Positions 9,416 to 17,875 of a stretch of DNA of 64,000 nt are shown here, one piece after another (the first letter of the stretch is position 1; every line of letters starts with the position of its first letter). This DNA is from a virus. Its lineage: Duplodnaviria; Caudoviricetes. The DNA is taken from the IMG/VR virus record IMGVR_UViG_2867207765_000001, positions 30,514-94,513 of that record. The stretch is one strand, 5' to 3'. The position numbers were made by a program, and so were the translations under genes. The notes below the pieces were generated by a model. That model searched no databases. It was not told the origin of the DNA and worked only from the letters and a program-made list of their open reading frames with translations.

Positions 9416-10195
9416 CTACTTCTCCGGCCGGGTGAGGCGGTACAGGGTGCAGTCGCCGCGTCGGACGGTGACGGAGTCGCCGTCGAGGTCCTCCTCGAGA
9501 AGGCCGCGGCGGACCAGGGAGTCCACGGTCTCCTGGTTGTAGCAGTACGCGTCGTCGCCGATCATGGCGTGCCCGGACCGGTGCCCGTCGACGACGTATA
9601 CGCGGCCGCGGCCGTACTTGTCGGCGAACTCGAGTGCGTCCTTCGCGACGGCGGAGACGCCTGAGTCGCGCGGCTTCCACTTCGGCGGTGTGTAGAACTG
9701 CACGGCGGGGAAGGACGTGGCGAACCGCTGCCCGGCGAGCGGCCCGTCCTGGAACTCCCATGGCGTTGGGTCGTACGTCTCGCCCTTCCGGAGGTTGCGG
9801 GATGGAGCGTCGGCGGCTGGGTCGTTCCAGTCGGCCAGCGGCAGCTCGCGCTCAGTGAAGGCGCGGAGACGGTCGCCGTCCTCAGTGAACCACGTTCCGC
9901 TGGCGGTACGGGACGCGGTGATGCGGGCGCCGGTGCCGTCCGCGTCGATGGTGACGAACTCTCCGTCAGCGGCGTCAACAGTGCCGCGGAAGGTGCGCGT
10001 GTCATCGTAGGTGTGAACGCGGACGGTGACCCGCTGGCCCTCGTGCACTCGTTCCAGGGCGACGATCCCGTGCTTGTCCGTGTTCACCATGGTGGTGCCG
10101 GCGCGCTCGAGGGTGACGGCGTCACCCGTGAACGTCTTCTCGGCGAACTTCCCGGAACGGGCGCGGGGGTGGTCGGACTCAATGAAGGCGGTCAT
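9416..10195 (-). CDS. hypothetical protein with HPR...GKF tag
   Basis: MTAFIESDHPRARSGKFAEK; shared GTWFTE(N/D)G motif. Confidence 0.8.
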   Translation of the reverse strand: MTAFIESDHPRARSGKFAEKTFTGDAVTLERAGTTMVNTDKHGIVALERVHEGQRVTVRVHTYDDTRTFRGTVDAADGEFVTIDADGTGARITASRTASGTWFTEDGDRLRAFTERELPLADWNDPAADAPSRNLRKGETYDPTPWEFQDGPLAGQRFATSFPAVQFYTPPKWKPRDSGVSAVAKDALEFADKYGRGRVYVVDGHRSGHAMIGDDAYCYNQETVDSLVRRGLLEEDLDGDSVTVRRGDCTLYRLTRPEK

Positions 10196-10215
10196 GCTCG
10201 GGATGTGCGCGGCGG

Positions 10216-10288
10216 TGCCGTTGGCGGGACTCGAACCCGCGACCTTCCGCTCCGGAGGCGGACGCTCTATCCACTGAGCTACAACGGC
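10216..10288 (-). tRNA. tRNA-Arg(CCG)
   Basis: TCCGC-CTCCGGA-GCGGA; A20. Confidence 0.95.
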
Positions 10289-10301
10289 GGGTCCTCGCAG
10301 A

Positions 10302-10835
10302 TCATGCGAGGGAGGCGTAGAACTCCCTCATCAGTTCCACGTGGGCGGGGGTAAGCCCGAGACCCGGTACGGGGGCGATGAGCAGGCTTGGCGTCGGCGT
10401 GGTGAGCGTGCGAACCTCATCGCCGTACTCGGGCACCTCAGTGTCATCCACCCACACGAACGGCCGTTCGTCGCTGGCCTGGTCGCGGAGCAGTGCGTCA
10501 CGCTTCCACAAGCCGAGTTCCCCGTCCTCCCCGCACGGGTACGGGGTGACGCGGCCGCCGGTGAGAACGCCGCGGAACTTCGGAACCAGTTTCCGCGCGA
10601 CGAGGAGGTCCTCGCACCACGACGAATGCCATACCAGCTCAACGCCGAAATCCTGAACAACCTGGTTGAGGGCGTCCAGCAGCGCGTAGGAGAAAGTGGT
10701 GTGCCGCACCATGCCGAAACCTCCGCCGAGTTTCTGCGTGACGGTGAGCTTCACCGTTTCACCAGACCAAACCCGGCCGGCGTAGTCAGCGGCGAGGCAG
10801 TCATCGACATCAAGGTACAGAACCGGTTGCGGCAT
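10302..10835 (-). CDS. HAD-family phosphatase (Swiss-Army-knife RNA-repair type)
   Basis: LYLDVDDCL, LVWHSSW, WK, FVWVDD, GLT motifs. Confidence 0.8.
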   Translation of the reverse strand: MPQPVLYLDVDDCLAADYAGRVWSGETVKLTVTQKLGGGFGMVRHTTFSYALLDALNQVVQDFGVELVWHSSWCEDLLVARKLVPKFRGVLTGGRVTPYPCGEDGELGLWKRDALLRDQASDERPFVWVDDTEVPEYGDEVRTLTTPTPSLLIAPVPGLGLTPAHVELMREFYASLA

Positions 10836-10875
10836 TCGACACGCATCCTTCCCGTGATGAGGCTGACTTTCGTTG

Positions 10876-10949
10876 TCCGGATGACAGGATTTGAACCTGC
10901 GACCTCCCGCTCCCAAAGCGGGCGCTCTACCAAACTGAGCTACATCCGG
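10876..10949 (-). tRNA. tRNA-Pro(TGG)
   Basis: CCCGC-TTTGGGA-GCGGG. Confidence 0.95.
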
Positions 10950-10972
10950 ATAGTCCCGCCACAGCGGAACCG

Positions 10973-11045
10973 TGGACCTGATCGGATTCGAACCGACGAC
11001 ATCTGCCTTGCAAAAGCAGCGCTCTACCAACTGAGCTACAGGCCC
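10973..11045 (-). tRNA. tRNA-Ala(TGC)
   Basis: Loop TTTGCAA; G3:U70. Confidence 0.95.
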
Positions 11046-11427
11046 GTAACCTACCGAGGCAGGCTGATGGTCAGAAGTACACGGCGAACCGGTGGTGAAC
11101 ACGATGTCTCCTCGGTTGGCGTGCACCACCTCTATGCGCGGAAGAACCAGTCGGCGGGGCTCAGTCGCCGACGAGCGCTTGGAGCGCTGCGCCGCGCTCA
11201 GCGGCACGAGCCAACGCGTCCGCGCGGATCGCCGCCCACCGCCGCTTCCACACCATCCGATGAACTCCGTCCGCTCGCCGGTGCGGCTGCTTCGGCCAGA
11301 AGGCGATGGCCTCCGGGGAGCGCCGTGAGGCAAGGAGACGACGAGCAGACCGACGCATGCTCAGGAGGATGCGGCGACGTCGGCAGGGTCGGCGGTAAGT
11401 TCACAGGCTTCGCGCGTCGCGTTGGGA

Positions 11428-12135
11428 TTAGTGGCCGACCGTTTCAATCGCTTGGAGTTCCTTCTCGCAAAGCTCTAGGCTTCGCTGCGCAGCGGCGCAG
11501 ATGCCTTCAAATAGCACGGCGAACGCGACCGCGCCAGCGGTACTTAGTGGGTGGGATGCCTTGGCTTCTCGCATGGCAGATCCCCACTCGTCGTCGATAC
11601 GCAGGTTGCGATTGACGAAGCGATTCCCCACCGCTGCCAGAGTACCGTCCTCTGTCGCTAGTCCACGATCCGATATCGCCATCCCGAGATCTATGCCGGT
11701 GTCCAACATCGTGCGTGCTCTCTCGAACGCGTTTTGGAACCGAGTTAAAGCGTCCGATCTTCGGATGCTTTCGTCGTACTCGTCCCGGCGATCTAGGCGT
11801 TGAGCAGGCAGGTTGACTGGGGTTACGTCGCCCGCACTCGTGAATAGAAACAGCGCGACATCAGCATCAGCGGCGACTTTGAGAGCAGCCGAGGAGTAGC
11901 CGGAGCTGGAGTAGAAGATGGCATTCGCAACAGAGTGAGCGGCACCGCGTAGGCGCTGAATGTCAGGGGACCCGACGGGCTGCACCAAGTGCTTGACCTG
12001 AGCCACGGCGAGCTCCGCCCTGACGTCAATCCCACCATCCGCGCCTGACCCTGTCCGTCGAGCGTCAGTGAAGCCCAGAGCCCGCATGTGCGCCTCAGCA
12101 AGCTCCTCCGCCATCTGCCAGGTGAATATCCGCAC
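11428..12135 (-). CDS. Mrr-like restriction endonuclease domain protein
   Basis: AEELAEAHMRALGF...DGGIDV...VAQVK...SSSGYS; start uncertain; codon usage looks atypical. Confidence 0.85.
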   Translation of the reverse strand: MRIFTWQMAEELAEAHMRALGFTDARRTGSGADGGIDVRAELAVAQVKHLVQPVGSPDIQRLRGAAHSVANAIFYSSSGYSSAALKVAADADVALFLFTSAGDVTPVNLPAQRLDRRDEYDESIRRSDALTRFQNAFERARTMLDTGIDLGMAISDRGLATEDGTLAAVGNRFVNRNLRIDDEWGSAMREAKASHPLSTAGAVAFAVLFEGICAAAQRSLELCEKELQAIETVGH

Positions 12136-12277
12136 GAGGTCAACGTATCGAGTACCTCCGACCTTGTGGCCACGACAGGACTTGCGCCTGTTCCTCCGCA
12201 TTTTCTGGGCGGCGCTCTACTGCATGCGCTACGCGGCCTCAGCCGCAGATGACCGCCTGCGTGGCACGGAGGGGGTG

Positions 12278-12664
12278 TCAGTCCCAGTAGCCGCCGCCCC
12301 AGGGGCTGCGGCGGTGCCGACGGACGGGGACGGTGTCCTCGTCGATAGTGCCGGTGGCGCTCCAGCCGCCGCGCGCCCGGGCGAGGGTGACGCGGGTGTT
12401 GTGCCGGTCCGGCTTCCACCAACGCAGGTGGACGTCGTCCACGGTGCGGTGGCAGCGGTGGTGCTCCCACGCCTGGGCGACGGATCCGGCGGACCATGCC
12501 ATGGTGTGTCGGCAGTGGGGGAGGCCGCGGGATCCGGCGCGTGCGGGCCGGTCGATGTCGCACTCGGCGCGGTGGTGCTGCCACCGGGAGTGGTCCTCAC
12601 CACGCCAGTTGCGAGAATCGTTGAGAACGACCCACGTAGGGGTGTCCTTGCGTGTTCGAGACAT
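12278..12664 (-). CDS. small basic His/Cys/Trp-rich hypothetical protein
   Basis: MSRTRKDTP...; ORF lies between the nuclease and a tRNA. Confidence 0.6.
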   Translation of the reverse strand: MSRTRKDTPTWVVLNDSRNWRGEDHSRWQHHRAECDIDRPARAGSRGLPHCRHTMAWSAGSVAQAWEHHRCHRTVDDVHLRWWKPDRHNTRVTLARARGGWSATGTIDEDTVPVRRHRRSPWGGGYWD

Positions 12665-12820
12665 GAGGCGCCTGCTCTCGAACGTCACCTTCGGGTTGGG
12701 TCCCTCTGCGGGGTGACGTTCACTACAGGTCGGGGGTGCTCATAGTGTTGTCCTTTCCTTGATGAAGTAGCGGCGAGGGCGCCGCCATGGGTGGGCTGCT
12801 GGCCGGTGGGCCGGTGCATG

Positions 12821-12897
12821 TGGTTGCGGAGGCAGGATTCGAACCTGCGACCTCTGGGTTATGGGCCCAGCGAGCTACCGAACTGCTCTACTCCGCG
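12821..12897 (-). tRNA. initiator tRNA-fMet(CAT)
   Basis: C1:A72 mismatch, GGG/CCC anticodon stem, CCA encoded. Confidence 0.95.
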
Positions 12898-13088
12898 GTC
12901 TGTGGTGCCACTCGACGGTGAGTGGCGGGCCGCCGGCGCTTGGGGCGCGTGTAGGCGGCGAATGTCTTCTCGCAGACGGAGTCGGCCATTGCCTGCTCGT
13001 CTGGGATGTCGGATACGTTGCGGAGGTCATCAAGCAGATGCATGAGTTCCTCCGCCTCTTTCTCAGTGAGGCTGATGCTGACGCTCAC
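12888..13088 (-). CDS. small hypothetical protein
   Basis: GGAG RBS + GTG, SISLTEKEAEELMHLLDDL; stop overlaps the tRNA 5' end. Confidence 0.5.
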   Translation of the reverse strand: MSVSISLTEKEAEELMHLLDDLRNVSDIPDEQAMADSVCEKTFAAYTRPKRRRPATHRRVAPQTAE

Positions 13089-13110
13089 ATCGCTCCTGAC
13101 TCCGTGCCGG

Positions 13111-13183
13111 TACCCCCAACGGGATTCGAACCCGTGCGACCGCCTTGAAAGGGCGGCATCCTTGGCCGCTAAATGATGGGGGC
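13111..13183 (-). tRNA. tRNA-Glu(TTC)
   Basis: CCGCC-CTTTCAA-GGCGG. Confidence 0.95.
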
Positions 13184-13252
13184 GTAGGGGCCGGCGTTGC
13201 CGCCGGCCGTTGTCACCTCTATGCGCGGAGGTGGACGCGTGGTGTGCGAAAG

Positions 13253-13325
13253 CAGCCCGTACCGGATTCGAACCGGTGTTACCTGGCTGAGAACCAGGCG
13301 TGCTTGGCCACTGCACTAACGGGCC
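13253..13325 (-). tRNA. tRNA-Glu(CTC)
   Basis: CCTGG-TTCTCAG-CCAGG. Confidence 0.93.
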
Positions 13326-13335
13326 AGGGCGCCGT

Positions 13336-13695
13336 TCAGTAGGGCGCGTTCTCGGAGGACTTCACGATGCTGTGCACCGAGCTCGGGTCGGTGTGGAACG
13401 TCGGGCACTCCGACTTGGGGAGTGACAGGCGGAGCACCTTTCCGCACCTGCTGCACGCTTCCTCGTGGTAGCAGGTCCAGTCGCGGTCACGTCCGAACAG
13501 GTAGTCGAACGTTCCTGGACGGGGGAGCCCGCACGTGTAGACGCGGGTCCACCGGGTGTTGATGCGGATGATGGGGGTGTGCTCCCGGCCGACGTGGCCC
13601 TTGCACCACCGCTTCGTGTTCTTCCGCCGGTGCGGGGTGTGCTTCCACGCGTCGTCAGCGGGACGCTCCGTGGCGGTGGACTGCAGTGTCGTCAT
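13336..13695 (-). CDS. small basic Cys/His protein (possible Zn binder)
   Basis: RBS GAGGAGG; WCKGHVGREH...C...CYHEEACSRCGK. Confidence 0.7.
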   Translation of the reverse strand: MTTLQSTATERPADDAWKHTPHRRKNTKRWCKGHVGREHTPIIRINTRWTRVYTCGLPRPGTFDYLFGRDRDWTCYHEEACSRCGKVLRLSLPKSECPTFHTDPSSVHSIVKSSENAPY

Positions 13696-13731
13696 GACGG
13701 GCCTCCTCGGCGATGTTCGGATGAGTGGGGG

Positions 13732-13804
13732 CTCCCCGTCGAGGATTCGAACCTCGACCTACCGGCTCCAAAGGCCGACGTGCTGCCAGTTACACCAACG
13801 GGGA
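13732..13804 (-). tRNA. tRNA-Gln(TTG)
   Basis: U1:A72; loop CTTTGGA. Confidence 0.93.
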
Positions 13805-13840
13805 ATAGGCGCCACGGACGGCGCCAAGGTGATGTTGCGG

Positions 13841-13913
13841 CTCCCCGCCAAGGATTCGAACCTCGACTTACCTCGACCAGAACGAGGCGTGCTGCCAGTT
13901 ACACCAACGGGGA
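13841..13913 (-). tRNA. tRNA-Gln(CTG)
   Basis: CCTCG-TTCTGGT-CGAGG. Confidence 0.93.
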
Positions 13914-13992
13914 TCAGACAGATGCTTTACGTCGGCCGTCATTCCGACGTGGTACCGACGCTTCCGGCCGAGGATCCATGGCGTCGGCGTTG

Positions 13993-14045
13993 TGCCTCTC
14001 GGGGGACTCGAACCACCCGTGACCCTCCACGCCAACTAGCGAGGC
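13993..14045 (-). ncRNA. miniature or degenerate tRNA-like element (acceptor + T arm, single middle hairpin)
   Basis: GCCTCGC...GGTGG-TTCGAGT-CCCCC-GAGAGGC-A; ends resemble the neighbouring tRNA-Arg(ACG). Confidence 0.45.
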
Positions 14046-14175
14046 GTGCTTCCACACCACCGAAGCTCCTCGACGCCGTTCGCGGCCGACGCCGTCCGAG
14101 ATACCGGAGATCAGCCCGGCATCCGGTTGTGTCGCGCCGGGGCGCTGCATTGCGCTGCACGCCGGCATGACAGCG

Positions 14176-14248
14176 TGCCCCTCGAGGGATTCGAACCCCC
14201 GACTCCCGCATCCGTAGTGCGGTGCTCTATCCACTGAGCTAGAGAGGC
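14176..14248 (-). tRNA. tRNA-Arg(ACG)
   Basis: CCGCA-CTACGGA-TGCGG. Confidence 0.95.
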
Positions 14249-14366
14249 ATACGAGACGAACACCATGCGTCGGTCATCGCGGTGGTTGGACGACGGCAGC
14301 TGTTCCGTCCCAACCCGTGCAGATTCTGCTTCCACGCCGAATAGATACTGCCTAGATGACTCGTCG

Positions 14367-14423
14367 TGGCCGGTCCGGAATCGACCCGGAACCATCACGG
14401 TCAGCGTTGAACGCCATCCGGCC
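14367..14423 (-). ncRNA. 57-nt miniature cloverleaf
   Basis: GGCCGG/CCGGCC-A acceptor, GGCGT-TCA-ACGCT, ACC-GTGAT-GGT, TCCGG-GTCGATT-CCGGA. Confidence 0.45.
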
Positions 14424-14448
14424 TGCCCACCGACTGGTGGGCGTTGCG

Positions 14449-14533
14449 GGTGAATGAGGGGAATCGAACCCCCACGCCCTTCCGGGCACCGGACTCACAT
14501 TCCGGCGCGGCTACCAATTACGCCACATCCACC
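14449..14533 (-). tRNA. tRNA-His(GTG) with long variable arm
   Basis: G-1:C73, CCGGA-ATGTGAG-TCCGG, V-arm GCCC-GGAA-GGGC. Confidence 0.88.
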
Positions 14534-14556
14534 ATGGAGACGCTGCGCGTCTCTCG

Positions 14557-14628
14557 CTCCCCGACAAGGATTCGAACCTCGACTAACTGGACCAGAACCA
14601 GTCGTGCTGCCATTTACACCATCGGGGA
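14557..14628 (-). tRNA. tRNA-Gln(CTG), second copy
   Basis: ACTGG-TTCTGGT-CCAGT. Confidence 0.93.
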
Positions 14629-14889
14629 ATGTCTCCTCCGTCCGGGCACGGGCGGGGGAGAGGTGCCGTCTCAGCGTGTCGAGACGGCGGGTGTCTGGCA
14701 TGTCGGAACGCCCATGATGAGGGGCTTCCCGGCGTGGTCCGGACGTTCATGTTCAGCGGCCGGTGGCAACCGACCATCACGCTGCTGTGACCGGGTTGTA
14801 CGGGCTGTACCGGTCGGCAAACGCCCTTGCCAGGACGTCCCGTGTCCCGCCGACTGGCCGAGGTTCGGGCCTCGCGTCGTGCGGTGTTG

Positions 14890-14962
14890 TCGCGCCGGGA
14901 GGTATCGATCCTCCGACCTACGGGTTATGAGTCCGCCGCTCTACCATCTGAGCTACAGCGCG
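14890..14962 (-). tRNA. tRNA-Met/Ile2(CAT), elongator type
   Basis: Paired C1:G72, loop CTCATAA, atypical T-loop ATCGATA. Confidence 0.85.
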
Positions 14963-14974
14963 TCGTGTGTTGCG

Positions 14975-15060
14975 TGCCCGATGCCGGGGTCGAACCGGCA
15001 CGCCCGTTTCCGGGCACAGACCCCTCAAGCCTGCGTGTCTACCGGTTCCACCAACCGGGC
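14975..15060 (-). tRNA. tRNA-Leu(GAG)
   Basis: Loop TTGAGGG, long V-arm. Confidence 0.93.
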
Positions 15061-15066
15061 ATCGTG

Positions 15067-15149
15067 TACCCGCCGCGGGACTTGAACCCGCACGCCCTTT
15101 TGGGCACCGGCACCTAAGGCCGGCGCGTCTGTCATTTCGCCAGGCGGGC
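15067..15149 (-). tRNA. tRNA-Leu(TAG)
   Basis: CCGGC-CTTAGGT-GCCGG, long V-arm. Confidence 0.92.
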
Positions 15150-15182
15150 AAGAACACCGGCCCGGGTCGGGTCCGTGTTCGG

Positions 15183-15269
15183 TTAGACCGTGACGCCGAG
15201 GTTCTCGAGGAACTCCGCAACGTCGTTGGTCAGGATGTAGTCGTCCTGCGTGTCGTCGTCCACGGTCAC
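15183..15269 (-). CDS. 28-aa acidic microprotein
   Basis: GTGA overlap with the upstream stop; MTVDDDTQDDYILTNDVAEFLENLGVTV. Confidence 0.45.
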   Translation of the reverse strand: MTVDDDTQDDYILTNDVAEFLENLGVTV

Positions 15270-15493
15270 TCCGGCTTCATCAGCTGGTAGATCTCCGCGC
15301 ACTCCGGGCAGACGGGGAAGTTCTTCGGGTCCTTCGTTGGCAGCCACACCTTCCCGCAGAGGGCGGTGGCGGGCTTGCCTTCCAACCAGATGAGGTCGAA
15401 GTCGGTCTTCTTCACGTAGTGGGAGAACAGGTCGTGGTCACCGGTGTCGGTGGTCTGCTCGAGCTGCTGACGCTCGAGGAGGTCGCTGGCCAT
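15266..15493 (-). CDS. DUF3039-family Zn-binding protein
   Basis: GDHDLFSHYVKK...ALCGKVWLP...PVCPEC; RBS GAAAGGA. Confidence 0.88.
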   Translation of the reverse strand: MASDLLERQQLEQTTDTGDHDLFSHYVKKTDFDLIWLEGKPATALCGKVWLPTKDPKNFPVCPECAEIYQLMKPE

Positions 15494-15550
15494 TCGGGGT
15501 CCTTTCGTTGACGTGACTCCTATGCGCGGAACCGGTGATTCGGTGGTGTG

Positions 15551-15637
15551 TGCCCGCCGCGGGAGTCGAACCCGCACGCCCCTCCCGGGGGCGGCGCATT
15601 TTGAGTGCGCTGCGTCTACCTGTTCCGCCAGGCGGGC
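15551..15637 (-). tRNA. tRNA-Leu(CAA)
   Basis: GCGCA-CTCAAAA-TGCGC, long V-arm. Confidence 0.95.
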
Positions 15638-15644
15638 GAAGATG

Positions 15645-15733
15645 CGGGCACGGCAGGATTCGAACCTGCGGGACGTGTTGCCACGTCCGCCGGCTTAGCA
15701 AGCCGGAGCGATCAGCCTCTCCGCCACGTGCCC
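15645..15733 (-). tRNA. tRNA-Ser(GCT)
   Basis: CCGGC-TTGCTAA-GCCGG, long V-arm, G73. Confidence 0.93.
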
Positions 15734-15866
15734 GAGGTGCCCTGGCAGTTAGCGAGGTGCCGCTCGCCCTGACAGCATCCGGGTCCAGATGTCCGAGGCG
15801 GGTCGACCGTCGCTACTCGGCAGGGAGCCGACCGGAACACGTTCCGGTCTCACCCTGGTCTCACTG

Positions 15867-15955
15867 CGGGAAGGGAGGGATTCGAACCCTCGAGACGGCT
15901 TGCACCGTCTACCGCCTTTCCAAGGCGGCGCAATCGACCGCTATGCGACCTCCCC
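15867..15955 (-). tRNA. tRNA-Ser(GGA)
   Basis: CCGCC-TTGGAAA-GGCGG, long V-arm. Confidence 0.93.
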
Positions 15956-15983
15956 AAGGTGGCGAGCTGAAGCCCGCCACGAC

Positions 15984-16511
15984 CTACTCGTCGTCGTCGG
16001 AGACGGACGAGAAGGAGTTCTCCTCCTCATCCTCGTCGACGCTGCTGCCGCCGCCGGAGTTCTCGTCCTCATCGACGCTGCTGCCACCGCCGGAGTTCTC
16101 GTCCTCATCCGGGTCCGAGTACGTCGATGACTGCTCGTCGTCCTCCTCGTCCGCGGAGCCGACAGCACCGGACTTCGACACGGCGCCACCGGTGGACGGG
16201 ATGCCCGTCGTGACCGAGGAACCGGACGGGATGCTCTTCGTTCCCGACCCGTACGACGACCCGACAGCGGGAACGGTCGCACCGTACGGGTAGAAGTACC
16301 ACAGGAACGCGGCGTCGCCGCTTGTCGAGGGTGTCGCCGAGCAGTTCGAGTCAGCGACACGCTTGTGCGTCGTCTTCGCTACGCACGCTTCCGCGTACGA
16401 GTGAGGAGTGGTGGTGCTGCAGGCGGTGGTGCCGAGGAGGAGCAGCGCCGTGCCGGCGACGACGGTGAAGATGGTGCCGCCGCGGGTGGAGCGGAGCCGA
16501 TGTGTGTTCAT
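15984..16511 (-). CDS. lipoprotein with acidic repeat tail
   Basis: Lipobox TTAC; leaderless start 10 nt after CGCA; DEDENSGGGSSV twice. Confidence 0.8.
   Translation of the reverse strand: MNTHRLRSTRGGTIFTVVAGTALLLLGTTACSTTTPHSYAEACVAKTTHKRVADSNCSATPSTSGDAAFLWYFYPYGATVPAVGSSYGSGTKSIPSGSSVTTGIPSTGGAVSKSGAVGSADEEDDEQSSTYSDPDEDENSGGGSSVDEDENSGGGSSVDEDEEENSFSSVSDDDE
16036..16108. repeat. 36-bp tandem duplication in coding tail
   Basis: tcgacgctgctgcc(g/a)ccgccggagttctcgtcctca twice. Confidence 0.8.
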
Positions 16512-16550
16512 GCTGCCTCTATGCGCGGCAGGGGACCGCGGGTGAGCGGT

Positions 16551-16941
16551 TGGTGGACCCGGGGGGAGTTGAACCCCCGTCTTCCGTGACTGAACGAAGC
16601 CTTCTACGTGCGTAGTTCACCGTGGGCTGCTTTTCGACCTCGGCGTCTGCGGTGAACAGCGCGGCCGGCAGGTCTAGACACAATGGTGATGACGGTCCGG
16701 GGTGTGCCCAACCGGGTCGTCATGGTCGTCTGCTGCTGACCCCGACACCGCGGGCGAAACCGTTCCCGTTGCGGTGTGCGAGGGACTCGCCATGAGTCTC
16801 GCGCGCATCAAGCGGCGAGGGCGTAGTCGGTGCGAGAAGCGTTGGCATCTCTTGGTGGACGGTCTGATTGGCGAGGTGGCCGTCCAACCCTCGGCACGCT
16901 TCTCATCGAAGCAACCCACGGAATCGAAACCCGTCGAGCCC
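16551..16941 (-). ncRNA. ssrA: tmRNA
   Basis: 5' GGGCTCGACGGGTTTCGA, 3' GGGGGTTCAACTCCCCCCGGGTCCACCA with G3:U70; tag frame ANASRTDYALAA* at 16808-16846. Confidence 0.95.
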
Positions 16942-17034
16942 GGAGCTGGGCGACCGTAACGGCGTCGCCCGTGAACCCGCACTGCTGCGGGTACCGCAAC
17001 CCACCCTTGGCAAGCCCGGGTGGGGAAGAATTGT

Positions 17035-17260
17035 GGTGGCAGCCGATTCCCGTACGGCCGCTCGGCCGAGCGTCGATAGGCAGCAACGGTCATGCGGAGG
17101 CCACTCTCCGTCGCGCAGCTGCTCGGTGGGAAGCGTCGGTGCGCAGGTCGTCCGCTGCAGGGGTCGAGAGGGCCGGAAAGCAAGCGCTAGATTCCCCCAG
17201 TCCGCCTTCGCGAGCCGTTGCATTTGCTTCCCTTGCCCGCGTTGACGCACCGACACATTC
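17035..17260 (-). ncRNA. unidentified structured RNA between tRNA-Thr and tmRNA
   Basis: Nested long-range stems 17246-17254/17135-17143 and 17224-17232/17175-17183; ends in CCACCA. Confidence 0.45.
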
Positions 17261-17262
17261 CG

Positions 17263-17334
17263 AGCCCCGAGTCGGGATTGAACCGACGACCCCCGCCTTA
17301 CCATGGCGGTGCTCTACCACTGAGCTATCGGGGC
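17263..17334 (-). tRNA. tRNA-Thr(GGT)
   Basis: CCGCC-ATGGTAA-GGCGG. Confidence 0.95.
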
Positions 17335-17589
17335 ATGCGCCGGAGACCGAAGCCTCGGCGACTGGGATCCGGCCGACCACGGCCGCATGAGCCGTCGAAC
17401 CCGGATCAGACCGTTCGGCACGGGCCCTCCCGCGGCGGCGATGACCGCTTCCGGGAACAGGGGCGTGCCAGTCACGGCAAGGTGATGCGCCTGGGAGAGG
17501 TAGACGAGCGCGGTCAGCTTCTTCGGCTGCCGGCGGAGCGTCGGGTCGCGCAGCAGCAGGTACTCGGCGACCGTTTCGGACTTCGTCAT
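17314..17589 (-). pseudogene. truncated Panacea/SocA (DUF4065)-like antitoxin
   Basis: VAEYLL...KKLTALVYLSQAHHLAVTGTPLFPEAVIAAAGGPV resembles the family N-terminus; frame then runs into a tRNA. Confidence 0.6.
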
Positions 17590-17620
17590 CCGCTCGTTCC
17601 TCTCTCGTTGGCGGCTGGTG

Positions 17621-17688
17621 TGGTTCCCCAGGGGCTCGAACCCTGCAGAGCTGGTGTGTAAGACCTGCTTGCGCCCTGCGCGAGAACC
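17621..17688 (-). tRNA. atypical short tRNA-Val(TAC) with minimal D-arm
   Basis: GGTTCTC/GGGAACC-A, D hairpin GCGC-AGG-GCGC, loop CTTACAC, CAGGG-TTCGAGC-CCCTG. Confidence 0.7.
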
Positions 17689-17797
17689 AGGTGCCGAATC
17701 GCGGGAGGAGGCCGTCACGCCTCCGCCCGCGTTCACCGAGTTGCGCGGAGTGACGATAGCGCGCGGTCCGGCATCGGGATGTTCGACGCATCCCTCG

Positions 17798-17872
17798 AGC
17801 CGCCTGTCGGATTTGAACCGACGGCCCTCCGCTTACAAGGCGGACGCTCTGGCCAAACTGAGCTAAGGCGGC
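17798..17872 (-). tRNA. tRNA-Thr(TGT)
   Basis: TCCGC-CTTGTAA-GCGGA. Confidence 0.95.
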
Positions 17873-17875
17873 ATG

